A stretch of 64,000 nucleotides of DNA from an uncultured Planctomycetales bacterium. GTDB lineage: Bacteria > Planctomycetota > Phycisphaerae > UBA1845 > PWPN01. Numbering within the stretch: the stretch's first letter is position 1; every line of letters begins with the position of its first letter. Where the stretch lies: the NCBI GenBank assembly GCA_964511155.1, contig CAZEEJ010000004.1:1160-65159 (forward strand), written 5' to 3'. Of this stretch, positions 9,417 through 17,898 are shown piece after piece. The position numbers and the translations under genes are program-made. Below the pieces are notes generated by a model that did no database searches, was not told the DNA's origin, and saw only the letters and a program-made list of their open reading frames with translations.

Positions 9417-9797
9417 TCAGCTCCTCCCGATGAGCGCCCGGATTGCGGTGAGCACTTCCCGGGCTTGGAACCCGTGGCTTCCTGCTTCGGCAAGAAACCC
9501 CCGACAGAGTGTTTCAAGCATGGCCTGCCGTTGGGCTTCGTCCAGCGCCGCCTTGGGATGGGCGGCAACAAAAGTGCCGGTGCCCTGCTCCGTTCGGATC
9601 ACTCCTTCTCGTTCCAGTTCGGTATAAGCCTTGATCACCGTGTTCGGGTTGACGGACAGGTCCACGGCCAGGGCTCGGACGGTGGGAAGCTGGTCTCCGG
9701 GTCTGAGCCGCGCGCAGGCAATGGCGAACCGCACCTGGTCCTGGATCTGGCGGTAGATGGGCACGCCGCTACGGTCGCTGAGGCTGAATTCGATCAT
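9417..9797 (-). CDS. GntR-family transcriptional regulator, short YtrA-like subfamily
   Basis: 126 aa. Winged-helix signature PIYRQI…LRPGDQLPTVRALAVDLSVNPNTVIKAYTELEREGVI. Only 6 nt separate it from the SPFH gene, so they form an operon. Confidence 0.9.
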   Translation of the reverse strand: MIEFSLSDRSGVPIYRQIQDQVRFAIACARLRPGDQLPTVRALAVDLSVNPNTVIKAYTELEREGVIRTEQGTGTFVAAHPKAALDEAQRQAMLETLCRGFLAEAGSHGFQAREVLTAIRALIGRS

Positions 9798-9798
9798 T

Positions 9799-9838
9799 GC
9801 ACTAGCTCACTATATCACTAGTGTACTACATCATTAGA
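9799..9838 (-). promoter_or_regulatory. AT-rich putative promoter/operator directly upstream of the GntR gene
   Basis: gCACTAGCtCACTATAtCACTAGTgTACTACAtCATTAGa: five 8-nt-periodic CACTAG-like units including the palindrome CACTAGTG. This is the only AT-rich tract in the 484-bp divergent region. Confidence 0.35.
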
Positions 9839-9891
9839 CCGCCGTCAAGTCCTTTGGCGGAGTCTCGCCCGCACCGGGTCCCTGACAACAT

Positions 9892-9940
9892 GGGCGGGCG
9901 ACCCATCCATCGCAGCGCGATGGGTGGGCTCACGATGATG
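9892..9940. repeat. Repeat family F, solo arm
   Basis: gggcgggcgacccatccatcgcagcgcgatgggtgggctcacgatgatg is the reverse-complement type of the family-F right arm. Confidence 0.7.
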
Positions 9941-10281
9941 CGTGTGCGGGTAGATCTCCTGGCGAAGGCTGGGTGGCCCAAGTCCTTTGGACTTGAGGGA
10001 GCGATTGCCGGACGTGCTGCGCAACCGGTGCGTGTGCAGGGTCGGCGTGCCCTTGAATCGCTCCCCCAGGTTCAAAGAACGTGGGCCACCCCGTCGATTC
10101 GGCCGCGGCTCCCAGTGCGCGCCACGCCGTACCGCATGATTGTCCCTCATCCGAGACGGCGGTAGAATCAAACGGCAGAAGGCTCGTGCCGTCCTGCCTG
10201 AGGTTCGCCCGCCCTGAAAGCCGTCAGTCATGGGGCCATCCGCGGGCGCGACCAGCGTGCTTGTGGGAGCTTTGAGGCACC

Positions 10282-11145
10282 ATGTACCGTCTGCTGACCG
10301 TAGCCGTGGTACTGCTCTGGCTGGGGGCCATGACGGCCCTCTTCGTGCGCGACGTCTGGCCGAGCTGGAGTGCCCAGGATGCCCCGCCGATGCTGGCGGA
10401 CAGCCTGGCGGACCTGCTGCACCGCCAGGAGCAATACGGGCTGTTCAAGGTGAACCAGGCGGGCGAGCCGGCCGTGCGTGTCGGGACCGCTTGGGCCAGC
10501 ATTCAGCCGGCCGGCCAAGGCAGCGCCATCCGCGGCACGGTCATGGTGAACGGACTGCCCCTGATCCCCCCCGTCCGCATCGAGACCGAGACCGTCTTCG
10601 ACAACGACGGCGGGCTCGACAGCTTCTGGCTGCGCGTCCTGGGCATTCCCAGGACCCGGGTCTTCGTCCGGGGCGAGCGGCACGGGATCTATTTCCCCTG
10701 CGAAATCCACCTCGGACCGATTCATCGCCAGACCAACCTCGAAATGTCCGCCAGTCGGCTCATCGGCGACTCCCTGCGACCCTTCAGCGTGCTGCCCACC
10801 CTGCACGTCGGCCAGAGCTGGCGGATGCAACTGCTTGATCCCCTGTCCGCGGCCCTGACGCGGCGGGTACAGTTCAGGTCCCTGGTCGCCCACGTGACCG
10901 GCATGGAAACCATCGAGCATCGCGGCGAGACGGTGGAATGCTTTGTGGTCGAGACCTCGCCCCAGCAGGTCAAGGCCTGGGTCGACCGGCAAGGCCGCGT
11001 CCTTCTCCAGGAAGCCGAGATGCCCGGCCTCGGCAGGCTCCTGGTGCGACACGAGCCGTATGACGAGGAACTCCGCACCCGGGCTCGCCTGGCCGTCCAG
11101 GACCAGTCCGAACACCCCGATGACCCCGACTACGGCTGGAGATAG
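10282..11145 (+). CDS. Hypothetical membrane-anchored protein
   Basis: 287 aa. Single N-terminal TM (LLTVAVVLLWLGAMTALFV), then a beta-rich-looking domain with no family I recognise. There is a 5-nt gap to the ABC ATPase gene. Confidence 0.6.
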   Translation: MYRLLTVAVVLLWLGAMTALFVRDVWPSWSAQDAPPMLADSLADLLHRQEQYGLFKVNQAGEPAVRVGTAWASIQPAGQGSAIRGTVMVNGLPLIPPVRIETETVFDNDGGLDSFWLRVLGIPRTRVFVRGERHGIYFPCEIHLGPIHRQTNLEMSASRLIGDSLRPFSVLPTLHVGQSWRMQLLDPLSAALTRRVQFRSLVAHVTGMETIEHRGETVECFVVETSPQQVKAWVDRQGRVLLQEAEMPGLGRLLVRHEPYDEELRTRARLAVQDQSEHPDDPDYGWR

Positions 11146-11150
11146 CCCCC

Positions 11151-11960
11151 ATGGCCCAGGCCATCGAACTGCACGAAGTCACCAAACGCTACGGGCACTT
11201 CACCGCCGTGGACCGGCTCAGCCTCGACGTCCACCAGGGCGAGTTGCTCGCCCTGCTCGGCCCCAACGGTGCGGGCAAAACCACGACCATCAAGCTGATC
11301 GCCGGGCTGCTGCTGCCCACCGCCGGTACCGTGACGGTCTGCGGCCAGCCCATGGGCCGCGACGGGCGACTGGCCAAGGCCCAACTCGCCTACGTTCCCG
11401 ACCAGCCGTTTTTGTACGACAAGCTCACCGGCCGCGAGTTCCTCGATTTCGTGACGCAGATGTACGCCCTGCCGTCCGCCGTCGCACGCCAGCGGTCCGC
11501 GGCCCTCATCGAACGGTTGGAGATGGGCAGTTTCCTCGACCAGTTGACCGAGAGCTACTCGCACGGCATGAAACAGCGCACCGTCCTGGCCGCGTCCCTC
11601 CTGCACGATCCGCAGGTGCTGATTATTGACGAGCCCATGGTCGGTCTGGACCCCAAGACCGTGCGTACGGTCAAGGACCTCATGCGCGAGATGACCCGCG
11701 ACGGCCGGACGGTCTTCATGAACACGCATACCCTCGAAGTCGCCGAGGCCCTCGCCGACCGCATCGGCATCATCAATCGCGGCCGCTTGGTCGCCCTCGG
11801 CTCGCTGGCCGACCTCCGCCGCCAGGCCGCCGCCAACAGCTCCCTCGAGGACATCTTCCTCACGCTGACCACCGAAGAACCGGGTGACGACTCGCCCTCC
11901 GCCAATCCGAGGTCGAGCCATGACCCAGGCCGCCCCAGTCATGGACCGCTTGGAGCATAA
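11151..11960 (+). CDS. ABC transporter ATP-binding protein; no permease gene adjacent
   Basis: Walker A GPNGAGKTT, signature-like YSHGMKQR, Walker B LIIDEP. Confidence 0.9.
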   Translation: MAQAIELHEVTKRYGHFTAVDRLSLDVHQGELLALLGPNGAGKTTTIKLIAGLLLPTAGTVTVCGQPMGRDGRLAKAQLAYVPDQPFLYDKLTGREFLDFVTQMYALPSAVARQRSAALIERLEMGSFLDQLTESYSHGMKQRTVLAASLLHDPQVLIIDEPMVGLDPKTVRTVKDLMREMTRDGRTVFMNTHTLEVAEALADRIGIINRGRLVALGSLADLRRQAAANSSLEDIFLTLTTEEPGDDSPSANPRSSHDPGRPSHGPLGA

Positions 11961-12019
11961 TCCGCGCCGCGCCAGTCATGCCGCCCTGCCATTGGCCCCC
12001 ATTTCGCCGTTATGATGGG

Positions 12020-12688
12020 TTACAGAAGCTGAAGGAGTTGCTCCGGCCGGTCGATGAGGTACTGCACGCCGGCGTCGGTGAGATTCTGCCGATCACGGAA
12101 GCCCCAGGTCACGCCGACGGTCATCAGACCGGCCTGGCGACCGGTCAACACGTCGATGCTCGAATCGCCGACCATCACCACCTCGGGCGGACGGAGGCGC
12201 ATCTGCGAGAGAATCGGCCACACGGTGCGCGGGTCCGGCTTTCGCAGACCGTCCGGGCGCGAGCCCTCGATAGCCACCCACGGGTAACGTCCGAACAGCG
12301 CCCCGACCAGCGGCTCCGTGTGCTCGTGCGGCTTGTTGGTCAGCACGGCCAGTTGAATGCGCTGCCCGGTCAGGGCATCCAGCAGCCCGGGGATGCCCGG
12401 GTACGGGCGGGTTTTGTCCAGCCGATGTTGGCGGTAGTGCGCGGTGACGGCCGCCACGACCTGGGCCACGGCGTCGGCGTCAAGCTGTTCGGCGACGGCC
12501 GCGTCCCCGTCGCACATCGCCCGGCGGCACAGGATGGGCAGTCCCTCCCCGATCCAGGCCCGGATCTGCATGGCGGTGCGGGCCGGGTAACCGCCCCCCT
12601 GCAAAGCCGCGTTGACCGCATCGGCGAGGTCGGCGAGGGTATCCGCAAGGGTGCCGTCAAGGTCGAAGATAACGCCCTTGATTCTCAT
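12020..12688 (-). CDS. HAD-superfamily phosphatase (phosphoglycolate-phosphatase-like)
   Basis: The 405-aa track ORF 12020..13237 is trimmed to the ATG at 12688. The resulting 222 aa carry motif I VIFDLDGTLADT and motif IV GDSSIDV. Confidence 0.85.
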   Translation of the reverse strand: MRIKGVIFDLDGTLADTLADLADAVNAALQGGGYPARTAMQIRAWIGEGLPILCRRAMCDGDAAVAEQLDADAVAQVVAAVTAHYRQHRLDKTRPYPGIPGLLDALTGQRIQLAVLTNKPHEHTEPLVGALFGRYPWVAIEGSRPDGLRKPDPRTVWPILSQMRLRPPEVVMVGDSSIDVLTGRQAGLMTVGVTWGFRDRQNLTDAGVQYLIDRPEQLLQLL

Positions 12689-13734
12689 CGGCCGGCCAGT
12701 CCGCCGCCCGTGTGATCGACGAAACGCACCGGGGTGCCCACCCGCACCATCCGGCCGAGGCGCAGGGCGTCCCAGTTGGTCAGCCGAAAGCATCCGTGAG
12801 ACCCGGTCTTGCCGATCAACTCCGGGTTGGGCGTGCCGTGGATGCCATACCCCGGAAGGCTCAGACCGATCCAGAACCGGCCCACCGGGTTGCGCGGACC
12901 GGGCGGGATCTCCAGTCGGCTGGAGACCTTTTCCTTGACCTCCGGCCACATGCGCGGATCGAAGGTGTAGTTGGGATTCTCCGCCACCACGACGACCTCG
13001 GCGTTCTGCCGGGGCAGCTTGGCCTTGGAGGCGGCAATCGAGCAGTGGAACAGAGCGATGAGCTGGCGGTCGGAGCCCACGGCCCGGATCACTTTCTCGG
13101 CGAGGTTGACTTCGAGATGCGCCGCTTGCGGCCAGGAGGCGCGCTCGGTCACGTTCGGGACAACGACCTTGTCGCCGGCCCGAAGCTGGTTGATCGACTT
13201 GCCGGGGTTCAGCGTGCTCAGCAGGTGGCGGGCACAATGGAACTTCTCGGCCAGCACCCAGTCGAGGGATTCATGCCCCAGCCGGCTGAGCTTGCTCTTG
13301 GCCACCCAGCTCTGCGGCACCGGCCCGACCTCGGCCAAGTCGGCCGCCTCGATCGTGTAGCGACCGAAAATTGTGTCCGGCGATAGCTTGAGTGCCGCCG
13401 CCGTGGCCGCGTCCAGTTCACCCGTGACCGGCAGGCCGCGCACCCGCTGGAACTCACGCGTGGCCAGGATAGTCTTCGGCCCGATGCGGCCGTCGATGAG
13501 CCCCGGCGAGAAACCGATGCCGTCCAGGGCCGCCTGCCAGGCGACCTGGCGGCGGAGGGCCGCTTCGCCGGCGGGCGCCTGAGCGAATGCCCCCGGGGTG
13601 GCCATCACGAGCAGAAGCGTCAGCCCACCCCGCGCGGCCGCCCAAACGGCTGCACGCCGCCCTCTGCTTCTCACACACGCATTTGGCCCGGTTCCCCGCT
13701 GCTCAACGATTCCGGCGATCCGTCGCGGCATCAT
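12685..13734 (-). CDS. L,D-transpeptidase (YkuD domain) with a peptidoglycan-binding domain
   Basis: ORF 12685..14001 trimmed to the ATG at 13734 (MMPRR…, signal-like LTLLLVMATPGAFAQA). Motifs GRIGPKTILATREFQRVRGLPVTGELD and IHGTP…GSHGCFRLTN. The upstream part of the ORF is translated repeat DNA. It overlaps the HAD gene by 4 nt. Confidence 0.85.
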   Translation of the reverse strand: MMPRRIAGIVEQRGTGPNACVRSRGRRAAVWAAARGGLTLLLVMATPGAFAQAPAGEAALRRQVAWQAALDGIGFSPGLIDGRIGPKTILATREFQRVRGLPVTGELDAATAAALKLSPDTIFGRYTIEAADLAEVGPVPQSWVAKSKLSRLGHESLDWVLAEKFHCARHLLSTLNPGKSINQLRAGDKVVVPNVTERASWPQAAHLEVNLAEKVIRAVGSDRQLIALFHCSIAASKAKLPRQNAEVVVVAENPNYTFDPRMWPEVKEKVSSRLEIPPGPRNPVGRFWIGLSLPGYGIHGTPNPELIGKTGSHGCFRLTNWDALRLGRMVRVGTPVRFVDHTGGGLAGR

Positions 13735-13834
13735 GTCGACCTCCTGTCCGGCCGGCTCCATCCGTGGCCGTTGACACAAGGACATCTTGCACCCACAACC
13801 ATGATACCTCCCGCATGACGTAACGCAATACGGA

Positions 13835-14094
13835 CAGTGAGCGAGGCAGCGAGACAGCGACACAGCAAGGCAGCGACACAGCGAGACAGCGAGGCAGCGA
13901 GACAGCGAGGCAATGCGTCCGTGTGCCACTGCTCTTTGAGCAGTGCTTCGGGTGCGTGGCTTGGACCACGAACAAGTTCGCTTGGTCCCGGACACGAACA
14001 AGTTCGCTCGGTCCTCGCACGAACAAGTTCGCTCGGTCCTGGTACCACGACCGTTTCGCGATCAAGACCCACGATCGGGCTTGCCGCTTCGCGG
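13835..14094. repeat. Composite repeat cluster: 8-mer array, family-B hairpin, three tandem hairpins and a family-H core
   Basis: 13835..13912 is a CAGCGAGA/CAGCGACA 8-mer array. 13923..13946 is gtgccactgctctttgagcagtgc. 13963..14039 holds three copies of ggacc(a)cgaacaagttcgc(t)yggtcc. 14077..14094 is gggcttgccgcttcgcgg. Confidence 0.75.
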
Positions 14095-14171
14095 CGAACA
14101 CGTGCGAACACTCCTCGCGCCGAGCACTCGCCGACCTGATTCACCCAGGATCCAGACACCGTCTGGCCGCG

Positions 14172-15362
14172 TCACCTTCCGTCGCCGGGCAGCGCCGCCA
14201 CCAGATGGGCGAACCCCACAAGTTGTGACATACTGCTCTCGCCCGCTTCCACTTGGCGACGGGCATGGACGAGGATGCGGTCGCGGATCGTGGGGTTATA
14301 GCGGGCCAGCCGAGCCCACACGAAGGGGGCGTACCGGTACTTGTTGCGCCGGCCGGCGGCGCTGAGATGATCCGACACGTCGCCATCCTCCAGTAGCACC
14401 CGCGTCAGGAAGGTCTTTTCGAGCCGGGCCAGATCCTCGCGATCGAATACGATCCCCCGCTCGACGCAGAGCACGATGAAGTCGGCGTTGATCGCGGCGT
14501 GTGAGTTGTCTTCGAAGGTCGTGCCGGGGCCGTCCAGCGGAGGGGCATAGGCCCACACGTACGCCTGGTCTTCCGTAAGCCGCAGTCGATTCTTCAGAAA
14601 GGTCGCCAGGGCCCGGGTGCGCTCGCGATAGCCGGCCTCGCCGGTCAGGTCGCCCAGGTGGACCCAGGTACGGGCCACGGTATTCTGCTGATTGAGCGGC
14701 AGATGCTTCTCCAGGTGCAGGCCGAACAGGTAGCCCTCCTCCCGCCCCGGCCCCTCGCGGTACTGGTCCGCGTGCTCGGCCACGCCTTCCGCGGCAACCG
14801 CCAAGAAGCGCTCCGCGTCGGCGGCGTACCGGGTCCGCAGCCGCTCGTCGCGGCGCACCGTCGAGGCGAACTGGGCCATCGGGGCCACGATCATACCCGT
14901 ATGTACGGCCCATACATAATGCCTCCCCTGCGTGTACTTGGTGGAGCCCCAACCCTTGACCACGCGTTCGCGCAGCACGTCGATCCGCTCGTGGCGATCG
15001 TCGCGGGCGGCGATGATCGCGTTGCCGAGCCGCATGAACAGCTCGGCGTAGCGGGCCTCGCGCGTGGCGTCAAGCATCTCGGCCAGGGCGGCCAGCACAT
15101 AACTGTGACCCCAGGCGATGCCGCCCTGGTCGTTGGTCACCGGGCCGGCCAGAGCCGCGTCCACCGCCTGCGTGACCTGTCGGTCGAATTGTTCGATCAG
15201 CCAGGCGCGAGCGGGGCCGGGCTCAAACCCCGCGGGCCGGGTGCCTGCCGCCGCTGTCGCCGGGCTCGCCACCCCCTGGGCGGCCGCGGGCATGGACGCC
15301 CACAGCACCAGCAAGCCCCACGACCCACCGATCCGAAACCGGGACCATCCTGAATCCGTCAT
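14172..15362 (-). CDS. Hypothetical secreted protein, possibly of (alpha/alpha)6-toroid type
   Basis: 396 aa with a signal peptide (LLVLWASMPAAAQG). Helix-rich repeats with W/Y/H-containing loops (GIAWGHSYVLAALAEM…) resemble six-hairpin glycosidase/epimerase folds. This is a weak assignment made by eye. Confidence 0.55.
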   Translation of the reverse strand: MTDSGWSRFRIGGSWGLLVLWASMPAAAQGVASPATAAAGTRPAGFEPGPARAWLIEQFDRQVTQAVDAALAGPVTNDQGGIAWGHSYVLAALAEMLDATREARYAELFMRLGNAIIAARDDRHERIDVLRERVVKGWGSTKYTQGRHYVWAVHTGMIVAPMAQFASTVRRDERLRTRYAADAERFLAVAAEGVAEHADQYREGPGREEGYLFGLHLEKHLPLNQQNTVARTWVHLGDLTGEAGYRERTRALATFLKNRLRLTEDQAYVWAYAPPLDGPGTTFEDNSHAAINADFIVLCVERGIVFDREDLARLEKTFLTRVLLEDGDVSDHLSAAGRRNKYRYAPFVWARLARYNPTIRDRILVHARRQVEAGESSMSQLVGFAHLVAALPGDGR

Positions 15363-15558
15363 CGCTCGTCTGCTCCTGCCTGTAACCCTGATCTCGCAAG
15401 GTATCCTACCCCAAACCCGTCCCCATCGCCTCGACGGGGTTTGCGTCCCGCGGGCAGACGGTTACACTGCTGAGAGCCGGACACCGCTCCGGCATGCAGG
15501 CAGGACCGCGCGGGTGCGGCCACGAACGCCGCCCGGAATCCAGAGGAGGATCAGACCC

Positions 15559-16998
15559 ATGGCAGGCACGAGATGGACCCGACGGCAATTGATGCAGAAT
15601 GGAGTGGTCGGCGTTGCGGCGCTGGCGACGGCCGGCCTGCCCAAGGCCGCCCGCGGAGCGCTGGGGGCCAACGAGCGTATCCGCGTCGCGGTGGCCGGTA
15701 TCAACGGCCGCGGCTCAGCACACATCAACGGATTCGCGGGCCTGGAGAACGTCGAGATCGCCTATCTGATCGATCCGGACCGCCGCCTCTTCGACAAGCG
15801 CATCAAGCAGGTGCAGGAAAAGGGCGGCAGGGCGCCCCGGGTGGTCCAGGACCTGCGCCAGGCCCTCGAGGACAAGAACGTCCACGTGCTTTCGGTCGCG
15901 GCGCAGAACCATTGGCATTCGCTGATGACCATCTGGGCCTGCCAGGCGGGCAAGGATGTGTACGTCGAAAAACCGCTGAGCCACGACGTGCACGAGGGCC
16001 GTATCGCCGTCGAGGCAGCCCGCAAGTACAACCGCATCGTCCAGCACGGCACCCAGAGCCGCAGTAGCGGCGGTTTGGCCAACGTCATGGCGGTCATCCG
16101 GTCGGGGCAACTGGGCAAGCTGCTGGTCGCCCGCGGGCTGTGCTACAAGAAGCGCGACAGTATCGGCGTCAAGTCGCCCACCCTGCCGCCGCCGGAGGTG
16201 GACTTCAACCTCTGGCTCGGGCCGGCCGCGAACAGGCCCTACCACGAGAACCTCGTCCACTACAACTGGCACTGGTTCTGGGACTTCGGCAACGGCGACA
16301 TCGGTAACCAGGGCGTCCACGAGATGGACATCGCCCGATGGGGGATCGAGGGAGCGACCCTTCCGCGAAGCGTCATCAGCCTGGGCGGGCGGTTCGGCTA
16401 CGAGGACCAGGGCCAGACCGCCAACACCCAGATCGCCGTCATGGACTTCGGGCAGACCCAGTTGATCTTCGAAGTCCGCGGCCTCAAGACCGACCGCTAC
16501 ATGGACACCGGCGTGGGCAACATCTTCCACCTGGAAGGTGGTACAATCGTCGGCCAGAAGCTCTACCCGGCGGGCAGCAACGAAGCCGCCCCCCTGCCGA
16601 AGGTGGACGACTCTCGTGGACCGGGATCAGGCCCCTTCGAAAACTTCATCGCCGCCGTCCGCAGCCGCAAGGTCAACGACCTCAACGCCGACGTGCTCGA
16701 GGGCCACTACTCCAGCGCTCTGTGCCACTTGGCCAATATCTCCTATCGGCTCGGCGAGGAAGTCCCGTTCGAGCCGCGCACCGGGGCCTTCGGTGACAAC
16801 CAGGACGCCTACGAGACCCTCGCGCGGATGCAGGACCACCTCAAGGGCAACGGACTGAACCTCGAAGCGCTCAAGTACCGGCTCGGGCGCAAGATCGAGG
16901 TGGACGCCAAGGCAGAGAAGATCACCAACGACGCCGAGGCCGACCGCATGCTCACCGGCAGTTACCGACAGCCGTTCGTGGTGCCTGAGACGATATGA
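15559..16998 (+). CDS. TAT-exported Gfo/Idh/MocA-family oxidoreductase
   Basis: ORF 15118..16998 trimmed to the ATG at 15559, which is preceded by aggagga. Twin-arginine signal TRWTRRQLMQNGVVGVAALATAGL, Rossmann segment IRVAVAGINGRGSAHI, and a YVEKPLSH motif. Confidence 0.85.
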   Translation: MAGTRWTRRQLMQNGVVGVAALATAGLPKAARGALGANERIRVAVAGINGRGSAHINGFAGLENVEIAYLIDPDRRLFDKRIKQVQEKGGRAPRVVQDLRQALEDKNVHVLSVAAQNHWHSLMTIWACQAGKDVYVEKPLSHDVHEGRIAVEAARKYNRIVQHGTQSRSSGGLANVMAVIRSGQLGKLLVARGLCYKKRDSIGVKSPTLPPPEVDFNLWLGPAANRPYHENLVHYNWHWFWDFGNGDIGNQGVHEMDIARWGIEGATLPRSVISLGGRFGYEDQGQTANTQIAVMDFGQTQLIFEVRGLKTDRYMDTGVGNIFHLEGGTIVGQKLYPAGSNEAAPLPKVDDSRGPGSGPFENFIAAVRSRKVNDLNADVLEGHYSSALCHLANISYRLGEEVPFEPRTGAFGDNQDAYETLARMQDHLKGNGLNLEALKYRLGRKIEVDAKAEKITNDAEADRMLTGSYRQPFVVPETI

Positions 16999-17732
16999 CC
17001 ACAGTTGACGCCGCTGTGCCGTTTTCGTGGCGCCTGGCATGGGCTCTGGGGGCCGGCTGCCTCGTGGCCCTGCCCGTCGGATGGCTGCTGGCCACGCTGG
17101 TCCTGTTGCCGTTCTTCCTCGGGCTGTTCTTTTGCATGTTGCTGGGCCTGCTGGTCGGGGCCGTCATCTTCCGCATCGCCGCCCCGACCATGCCCATCGC
17201 CCGGCCCGCGCTGTGGGCGGCGGGATTACTCGTCACCGCCCTCGTCTGCTTCGTGAGTCTGGTCGGCGAATACTACAACGTGCGCGGCTACGATCTCCCG
17301 GTGCCCGGGGCCGGCGGATGGAGCCGCCACTCGGTCGATGGCGATGCCACGACCTGCGTGCGGGAGTCCTTTCCGCATCAATCCTTCGGGCCCGAGCAGG
17401 TCGCCCGACTGCGATCCGAAACCCGCGAGAACTTCCTGAAGCTGCTGGCCACGCACTATCCGCCGGGCGGCCTCCTGGGCTTTGCCCGCTGGAGTCTGAG
17501 CGGTCAACCGCTCGATTGCCCACGGGTTTTCAGCCCGCACACCGAGTCGCTGGCTCCCAAGCAGGGCGGCGTCAAGTGGGTGATCCGGCTGGTGCTGGCC
17601 TTCGTTCTGACGGCCGGAGCGATCCTGTCGCAGGTGCTCGGCCTGGCCCGCATACCACGGGCACCCGGCACCGATGATCCTGCCGAAACCGAGCCCCAAC
17701 CCGACGCGGAGGCTCGGAAAATCGCCCCCTGA
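16995..17732 (+). CDS. Hypothetical polytopic membrane protein, translationally coupled to the oxidoreductase
   Basis: 245 aa with about 4 hydrophobic segments in the N-terminal half. Its ATG overlaps the upstream TGA (ATGA). Confidence 0.6.
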   Translation: MTTVDAAVPFSWRLAWALGAGCLVALPVGWLLATLVLLPFFLGLFFCMLLGLLVGAVIFRIAAPTMPIARPALWAAGLLVTALVCFVSLVGEYYNVRGYDLPVPGAGGWSRHSVDGDATTCVRESFPHQSFGPEQVARLRSETRENFLKLLATHYPPGGLLGFARWSLSGQPLDCPRVFSPHTESLAPKQGGVKWVIRLVLAFVLTAGAILSQVLGLARIPRAPGTDDPAETEPQPDAEARKIAP

Positions 17733-17783
17733 TCCGCCTTTGCAGGCTCCGCGGATTCGCATACACTTACGATGTAGCAGAAA

Positions 17784-17878
17784 CCCACGGGGTGCCACCC
17801 GTGGGCTTGGAGTTGCGAGCAGCCCACGGGTTGCAAAGCCCACGGGTTGCAAAGCCCACGGGTTGCAACCCGTGGGCT
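17784..17878. repeat. Hairpin plus 3 tandem 16-mers (AGCCCACGGGTTGCAA) ending in a perfect hairpin
   Basis: cccacggg-gtgcca-cccgtggg at 17784..17805. Units at 17821-36, 17837-52 and 17853-68. The last unit pairs with cccgtgggct, giving a 10-bp stem at 17853..17878, 21 nt before the tsaC start. Confidence 0.75.
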
Positions 17879-17898
17879 CGGCCCGCACATGCGAGGTG

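Noticed and set aside
12020-13237. 405-aa ORF treated as a single gene
   Set aside because: Only the C-terminal 222 aa, from the ATG at 12688, form a HAD phosphatase. The upstream part is an out-of-frame read through the L,D-transpeptidase gene, which is the real gene in 12685..13734.
13963-14039. Regularly spaced direct repeats that might suggest a CRISPR array (also 20891..20994, 17821..17868, 47878..47915)
   Set aside because: The units are contiguous or nearly so, with a period of about 15-35 nt and no unique spacers. There are only 3 copies and no cas genes. They belong to the dispersed hairpin families.
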